From NCBI GenBank assembly GCA_030424955.1, contig JAUHVS010000001.1, forward strand, positions 1-44,461: DNA of 44,461 bases, in the 5' to 3' direction. The translations under genes were made by a program, and so were the position numbers. The notes beneath the pieces were generated by a model. The model was not told the origin of the DNA and ran no database searches. It was given only the letters and a program-made list of their open reading frames with translations. Positions 33,319 through 38,508 of this stretch are shown piece by piece (within the stretch, counting starts at the first letter, position 1; each line of letters starts with the position of its first letter). The DNA is from a bacterium (GTDB lineage Bacteria; Myxococcota_A; Bradymonadia; UBA7976; UBA1532).

Positions 33319-35207
33319 GTCGGCGCCCCCGGATCGAAGTCCTGCGGGAAGCGCAGCACGATGCACGAGATGTTGTCGCCCCCGCCCCCGCGGTTCGCGA
33401 GCACCATGAGCTCAAAGGCCGCCCACCGCGCGCCGGGCGCGGTCTCGACGATCTCGCGCACGCGGTCCTCAGCGTCCTCTTCGTCGTAGCCGCCGTAGTC
33501 GGGGATCCCGTCCGAGCAGAGCACGAGGGTGTCGCCGGGCAGCATGGTCATGCGCCGGAACTCAGGCTTCAGGTCCACCGGGATCAGGCGATCGTCGTGG
33601 CTCTTCTCGAACTCGCCCACGCAGCGGATCAGCGCGGCGGCCGACGGGACAGCGCGCGCCACCCGAGGTGGCCGCCCCATCCGCACGAGCTGAGTGGCCA
33701 GATCGTGATCCACCAAGAGCGAGGTGATGTGCCCGTCGCGCACGAGGTAGATGCGGCTGTCGCCGATGGACATCAGCGTCGCCTGGTTGCCCTCCACGAG
33801 CACCGCCACGGTGGTCGCCGCCATGATGCCCTCGGCCGGGCCGAAGAACCGGGGCGTCTCTCGGTGGATGAGCTGGGCGATCCGGGCGTTGGCCGACTGG
33901 ATCATCGCCTTGAGGACCGCTCGCCGCCCGGTCTCATTGTCGGGCAGGCTGGGGTTGGCGTCATCGAGCCCGTCGAGGGTGGTGTCTTCGTCGATGTTGG
34001 CGTCCCCAGGGCGGCCCTCGAGCACGGCCTGCCAGGTCGACACGGCCGACGCGCGGACACAGCCGCTGGCCTGATCCCCCGTGCCATGCTCCGAGATGCT
34101 CACCCCATCGCTGACCACGAACAGGCCGATGCCGGATGCCGCGTGGTAGCCGATGAAGAGGTCGTCCTGGTTGATGGGCGAGTATTGGCCTTTGAGCACG
34201 CCGATGTGCCGCTCGTGCCCGATCTCGGGGCGCAGCGGCCCGGCCTCCTCGGCCGCACGCCGGCGCGCAGTGCCCACGGCGCTGCGCAGCGCCGACCGGA
34301 GCGCCCCCACGTCGCTGTAGCGCCGGTCAGGCAGCGGCGACACCGCCCGCCGGGCCACTGCACACAGCTCGGGGGGCAGGCCATCGCGGTGCACATGGGG
34401 CGGCGGGAGGGGGTGCTCGAAGTCGCTGGCCTCGAGCACGGGCGGGACCCGGGTCAGCACGTAGTAGAGGGCCATCCCCACGAAGAAGACGTCCGTGCGG
34501 GCGTCGACCTCTCCCCCGCAATGGCCCAGGTGCTCGGGGCTCGAGAAGCCCACCACGTGCCGCCGCTGCGGTCCCCCCGGCCGGCCCGTCGGGGCGGCCA
34601 GCAGCACCCGGTCTTCGAGCACCCTGACCTCTTCGGGATCGGCGAGCCCCAGCACCTCGCCGCGGCTGTGGATCGTCGCGACCGCGTCGGCCAGAGGCAG
34701 GACCCACCGCTCCACCGCCGCGAGCAAGGCCTCCCCCGTCAGGCCTCCCCCCTCGCGGAGCGCCGTGAGGCCATCGGCGAGGGACGGGCCGCTGGGCGAC
34801 GCCAGGACCGTGAGCTCCCAGGGGCCCGCGCGCCCCGCCCACAGCGAGGCACCGATGAGCGGCCCCGCCCACCCCTGGCAGCCCCGCCAGTGCGGGTGCA
34901 GCTGGTCTGGATCGGCCTCGTCGGTGATCAGGACCGCGCAGGGCTCGCCTCGCAGGATCGCGTCGAAGCGCGCGCCCGCCCCGGCCAACGGACGGCGGGT
35001 CAGCAGCCTGAGGGGACCCACGTCGGCCTGCAGCACATCGCCCGCCTCCGGCCAGCGCGCGCCGTCGGCGAAGCGCCGGCGGCCACACCCGCCGCAGACG
35101 AGGCCTACCGCAGAGCTGCCACACCCGGCGCAGCCCCACTGGACATCGACGGGCCCGGTCACAGACGGCTCGATGGCCAGTTCGTCTCCGGAGGGGGGCT
35201 GCGACAC
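33315..35207 (-). CDS. Four-Cys ribbon + pseudokinase domain + PP2C-family Ser/Thr phosphatase fusion (~630 aa)
   Basis: The first start after the upstream stop is GTG 35207. Ribbon: CAGCGSSAVGLVCGGCG. Kinase-fold remnants: SSPEHL and DVFFVGMALYYVLT. In place of HRDLKPxN it has GEVLGLADPEEV, and there is no VAIK Lys. PP2C motifs: SPINQDD, VVSDG, IGDSRIYLVRDG, VLCSDG and GGGDNISCIVL. Confidence 0.7.
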   Translation of the reverse strand: MSQPPSGDELAIEPSVTGPVDVQWGCAGCGSSAVGLVCGGCGRRRFADGARWPEAGDVLQADVGPLRLLTRRPLAGAGARFDAILRGEPCAVLITDEADPDQLHPHWRGCQGWAGPLIGASLWAGRAGPWELTVLASPSGPSLADGLTALREGGGLTGEALLAAVERWVLPLADAVATIHSRGEVLGLADPEEVRVLEDRVLLAAPTGRPGGPQRRHVVGFSSPEHLGHCGGEVDARTDVFFVGMALYYVLTRVPPVLEASDFEHPLPPPHVHRDGLPPELCAVARRAVSPLPDRRYSDVGALRSALRSAVGTARRRAAEEAGPLRPEIGHERHIGVLKGQYSPINQDDLFIGYHAASGIGLFVVSDGVSISEHGTGDQASGCVRASAVSTWQAVLEGRPGDANIDEDTTLDGLDDANPSLPDNETGRRAVLKAMIQSANARIAQLIHRETPRFFGPAEGIMAATTVAVLVEGNQATLMSIGDSRIYLVRDGHITSLLVDHDLATQLVRMGRPPRVARAVPSAAALIRCVGEFEKSHDDRLIPVDLKPEFRRMTMLPGDTLVLCSDGIPDYGGYDEEDAEDRVREIVETAPGARWAAFELMVLANRGGGGDNISCIVLRFPQDFDPGAPT

Positions 35208-35271
35208 CCGGCTCTCATCCCCTGCGCCACCTTGGCGCAGTGTACGGGCCGCCGAAGCCGCCCGGCGTGGC

Positions 35272-35904
35272 TCAGAGGTCGATAGCGACCAGGTTGGAGC
35301 GTCCCGAGCGCTGCTTCGGCGCGTCACCGTAGGCGATGACGTAGAAGCTCCACGCGCCCTCGTCCAGCTCCACCTGCAGCCGAGTCTCGGCGGTCCGCCA
35401 GGTGTGACTCCGCTGCGGCACCGTGGCCTCATCGGTCTGCCAGCGGATTCCGTGAACGACGTAGTCGGCCGCACCCTCCACGGCACTCCAGGTCAACACG
35501 GCGGTCTTGTCGTCGAGCTCGAGGTTGAGGTGCGGGGCCTCCAAGAAGCCGGTCTCGCGGCCGCAGAAGAGGCACTGGGCCTCGTCGCGATCTCGACCGC
35601 GCACCCCCTCGAAGGCGTCGTCGATGATGCAGCGCCAGAGGCACGGCCGGTCGTCAGCGCAGCCCTGCGCGCAGGCGCCAGCCTGTGCGGCGCGGGCGAA
35701 GCGCGTGCCGTCGGGCAACCGACGGCTCGGCAGGGCAGACCGGGGCATCCCCTCGTCGGTCGGGAGTCGCTGGAGCGACAGCGCGCCGGCCCTCGACTCG
35801 ACCTCAGGCGCAGGCGGCGCCTCGGCGCAGCCCCCCACCAGCAGACCCACTGCGACCGCCAGCCACAGGGCGTACCGCTGACGTGCGAACGGCAGGTGGC
35901 CCAT
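35272..35904 (-). CDS. Lipoprotein with a six-Cys segment and a C-terminal fibronectin type III-like domain
   Basis: ATG 35904 lies 6 nt after GAGGAGGG and 1 nt after the upstream stop. Signal peptide with lipobox: MGHLPFARQRYALWLAVAVGLLVGGC. Six-Cys segment: CAQGCADDRPCLWRC...CLFC. FN3-like end: LTWSAVEGAADYVV...SFYVIAYGD. Confidence 0.7.
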   Translation of the reverse strand: MGHLPFARQRYALWLAVAVGLLVGGCAEAPPAPEVESRAGALSLQRLPTDEGMPRSALPSRRLPDGTRFARAAQAGACAQGCADDRPCLWRCIIDDAFEGVRGRDRDEAQCLFCGRETGFLEAPHLNLELDDKTAVLTWSAVEGAADYVVHGIRWQTDEATVPQRSHTWRTAETRLQVELDEGAWSFYVIAYGDAPKQRSGRSNLVAIDL

Positions 35905-35905
35905 C

Positions 35906-36688
35906 TCAGCCCTCCTCATCGTCGTCACGGACCAGGGTGGCGCCCGCATAGATGGCGTAGGTGCGGGCGTCGTCGGCGTCCTGTGCGCTGTCCTCCAGGT
36001 CGCGGTAGCGCTCACGGATGAACGCGAAGAACTCGTCGCGGAGCGCATCTACGTCTTCGGGGCGGGCCCGGAAGGTGAAGGTCCGCGCCGCAGCCGTCTC
36101 AGGCTCGTCGCTCAAGAACCGCCGGCGCACCGTCTCGGTCACGGCCTCGAGGTGCTCGCGCAGGGCGTCGACCCGGGCCTCCCAGTCAGCGTCGCTGTAG
36201 AGGTCGTGGTGCTGCCCGATCACGCGGTAGCGCACCTTGCCGCCCGGCTCTCGCGGGAGCTCCTCGATCCGCTGCTCCCGCAGGAGCGCCCGGACCGCCA
36301 GGCGGGTGCTGTCGAACTCGTTGCAATGCGGCAGGCGGTCGGCCAGCTCGTCGATGGTCATCGAGCGCTGCCGCAACAGGTCCTCGACCCGCCGCATCAG
36401 GTTGGTCTCGTTCTCGGCGAAGAAGCCGCCCTTGTTGAAGCGCGCCGAGAGCGCCTTCACCGTGCGCGTGGACTTGCCGAAGATCAGCGAGATCAGGTTG
36501 ATCGTCGAGTGCTTCTGCTTCGCCTCGCGCCACAGCGCGAGGGTCATCATGTCCTTGACGGTGTCGAGGGGGTAGTTGAAGTCCACGGCCATCTTCACGG
36601 CCGGGTAGAACGACGTGAACAGGATCCGCAGGACGTATTCGGGGTAAGGAATCCCCCGTGCCGCCACGTCGTGTGCTTGACCTTGCAT
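35906..36688 (-). CDS. Putative DNA-binding protein with two HTH/winged-helix-like segments and an acidic tail
   Basis: ATG 36688 is preceded by GAGGGG. HTH-like segments: STINLISLIFGKSTRTVKALSARF and MTIDELADRLPHCNEFDSTRLAVRALLREQRIEEL...KVRYRV. It ends ...VRDDDEEG. Confidence 0.5.
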   Translation of the reverse strand: MQGQAHDVAARGIPYPEYVLRILFTSFYPAVKMAVDFNYPLDTVKDMMTLALWREAKQKHSTINLISLIFGKSTRTVKALSARFNKGGFFAENETNLMRRVEDLLRQRSMTIDELADRLPHCNEFDSTRLAVRALLREQRIEELPREPGGKVRYRVIGQHHDLYSDADWEARVDALREHLEAVTETVRRRFLSDEPETAAARTFTFRARPEDVDALRDEFFAFIRERYRDLEDSAQDADDARTYAIYAGATLVRDDDEEG

Positions 36689-36739
36689 GCGCCCCTCGCC
36701 GTGCTGTCGATGCCGCGAGCCCACGCCGCGCCAGTCTGG

Positions 36740-36768
36740 ACGATAACGTAGCGGTGACGTGCAGGCAA
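36740..36768 (-). promoter_or_regulatory. Candidate sigma70-type promoter for the 36688->32194 operon (-35 TTGCCT, 17 nt, -10 TATCGT on the minus strand)
   Basis: Minus-strand TTGCCT = 36763-36768 and TATCGT = 36740-36745, about 50 nt upstream of ATG 36688. Confidence 0.3.
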
Positions 36769-36810
36769 CGCGGCGGCCCGCACGGGGCGGCCCTGCCCTG
36801 TTTTTCGCGT

Positions 36811-36833
36811 TGTGGGCTGCCCACAGCTAGAAT
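36811..36833 (+). promoter_or_regulatory. Perfect 15-nt palindrome TGTGGGC-T-GCCCACA abutting a TAGAAT -10-like box (candidate operator/promoter of the plus-strand operon)
   Basis: The palindrome is 36811-36825 and TAGAAT is 36828-33. GGAGGG follows at 36845-36850 and the ATG at 36857. No good -35 hexamer lies at a 17-nt spacing. Confidence 0.4.
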
Positions 36834-36856
36834 GGGGCGTCTGCGGAGGGGCACCT

Positions 36857-37318
36857 ATGAGTCGGTCAACCTGGACGTCCGCCACCCGGCGCCCGCTCGC
36901 GGCAGCGCAGCGGGCCGTCGCGTACCAGCCGGCCCGTGCGGAGGCCCTGCCCGCCCTGTTCACCGTGGATGGCCAGGTGGACGTGCACGCGCTCCACGCC
37001 CTGCTCTCGGCCGCCGAGGTGGCCATCGAGGGCGGCCGCTACGACGACGCGGGCCCCGTCGAGACCTTTGTCGGCTCGGCGACCTTCGAGCTCTCCCTGC
37101 CAACGCCGCGCGCCAGCCGCGCGGCGCTCGCGCAGGACCCGCGCGCTGCACAGGCCCTGCAGGACCACACCCGACGGCACCTGGCCAGCCTCCTGGGCGC
37201 CGAGATGCCCCCGCGGCTGACCTTCGACATCGCCATCCGCGTCGTGGACGAGCAGCTCCGCGTCACCGTCGACTTCGAGGGCCCGTTGGCCCCGGGGGCG
37301 GTCGCCCACGGGTCATGA
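36857..37318 (+). CDS. Hypothetical protein (153 aa)
   Basis: ATG 36857 has GGAGGG 6 nt upstream. Its stop overlaps the next start (ATGA, 37315-37318). No motif recognised. Confidence 0.55.
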   Translation: MSRSTWTSATRRPLAAAQRAVAYQPARAEALPALFTVDGQVDVHALHALLSAAEVAIEGGRYDDAGPVETFVGSATFELSLPTPRASRAALAQDPRAAQALQDHTRRHLASLLGAEMPPRLTFDIAIRVVDEQLRVTVDFEGPLAPGAVAHGS

Positions 37319-38220
37319 GCGTCTCGTCCCCCCCGCTCGGTGAGGCCACGCCGTATGGCGTCCGCGATCTGGTGCGTCTGACGGGCGCGCCCGAGGCGCA
37401 GCTGCGTCGCTGGCACCGCAGCGGCCTCTTGCCCGCCACCCGGGTCGACAGCGCCCTGCGCTACCGCTTCGCGGACGTGATCGCGGCCCGGACGGCGCGC
37501 GCCCTGCTGGCCCAAGGGCTGACGACGCGCCGCGTCCGCGAGGCGGTGGAGGCCGTGCGCGCCTGGCGCCCCGACGTCCCCCACCCGCTCGCGTCCCTGC
37601 GGGTGTTCGCGGAGGGCGGCCACCTGCTCGTTCGCATCGACGATCAGGTCATGGTGGGCCACTCGGGCCAGCTGCTGCTGGACCTGCCGCTGGCCGAGGA
37701 GCTGCCGCCCGCTGTGCTCGCCCCCGTGCAGGCGCTGGGCACCGACGTCCCGCGGGACGCCGATGGCTGGGTGGACTGGGCCCGGGCGGCTGAGCTCAGC
37801 GGCGAGCCCTCTGCGGTCGCCCTGGGGCGCTACGCCCAGGCCCTCCAGCTCGATCCAGCCCACCCCGGCGCCCTCATCGGCGCCGGCAACGTGGCCTTTG
37901 TCGACGGCCGACTGGAGGACGCGCAGGGGCTGTATGAGCGGGCGACCCGCGCGGCGGCCCAACACCCGCACCCCTGGTACAATCTGGCCAACGTCTTGGA
38001 CGAGCGCGGCCAGGTGGACGCGGCCGCCAGCGCCTACGCCGCGGCCCTCGGGCGCGACCCCGACTTTGTCGACGCCCACTTCAACCTCGCGCTCCTGTGG
38101 GAGAAGCATGGCCAGCGAGGCCGCGCTGCCCCCCACTGGACCCGGGTCGTCGAGCTCGACCCCGGCTCGGACGCCGAGGCCCTCGCCCGGCGGTTCCTCG
38201 CGGACGACACCGATCGTTGA
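37315..38220 (+). CDS. MerR-family HTH protein fused to TPR-like repeats
   Basis: YGVRDLVRLTGAPEAQLRRWHRSGLLPATRVDSALRYRFADVIAART is a MerR-type N-terminus. The C-terminus carries TPR-like repeats (ALGRYAQALQLDPAHPGAL, WYNLANVLDERGQVDAAASAYAAALGRDPDF, HFNLALLWEKHGQ). Confidence 0.75.
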   Translation: MSVSSPPLGEATPYGVRDLVRLTGAPEAQLRRWHRSGLLPATRVDSALRYRFADVIAARTARALLAQGLTTRRVREAVEAVRAWRPDVPHPLASLRVFAEGGHLLVRIDDQVMVGHSGQLLLDLPLAEELPPAVLAPVQALGTDVPRDADGWVDWARAAELSGEPSAVALGRYAQALQLDPAHPGALIGAGNVAFVDGRLEDAQGLYERATRAAAQHPHPWYNLANVLDERGQVDAAASAYAAALGRDPDFVDAHFNLALLWEKHGQRGRAAPHWTRVVELDPGSDAEALARRFLADDTDR

Positions 38221-38508
38221 GGCCGCCCGGGGGCGTTCGGTGCGCGGCCCACGCCGCCGCGGGCCTCGCCGAGCGACCCTTGGAAACCGCCCCGTAGGCC
38301 TGTGCGGGCGGCCGCCCACCCCGACCCGCGGACCTGGACGGCAGATTGCCTCAGCGCACGAGAACTGCTACGGTCCGCCGTCCACTGTCGTGCGCGCGAC
38401 ACGCCCAACCAGGCGCAAACGCGATCGGCGGCGGATCGGCCACCCCCCGGCCGGTATCACCTGCGGGGTTCCCCCTACGAGCGCAACGACGCGGAGACCC
38501 TTCGAGCC

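Noticed and set aside
33597-35285. A 562-aa plus-strand ORF antisense to the pseudokinase-PP2C gene (similarly 38368..40131 minus, 30141..31595 minus, 25236..26843 plus)
   Set aside because: These are antisense GC-bias ORFs with Arg/Gly/Pro/His-rich translations. The opposite strands carry clear kinase, PP2C, PpiD and PBP2 motifs.
36812-36856. GTG 36812 as the start of the 153-aa hypothetical protein (ORF-track start)
   Set aside because: It falls inside the palindrome/-10 candidate. ATG 36857 has a GGAGGG at ideal spacing.
38302-38508. A longer N-terminus for the kinase-like protein starting at GTG 38302
   Set aside because: The extra 69 residues have no recognisable feature and an odd composition, and the Cys ribbon starts immediately after GTG 38509. 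This is not excluded, so the start is flagged as uncertain.
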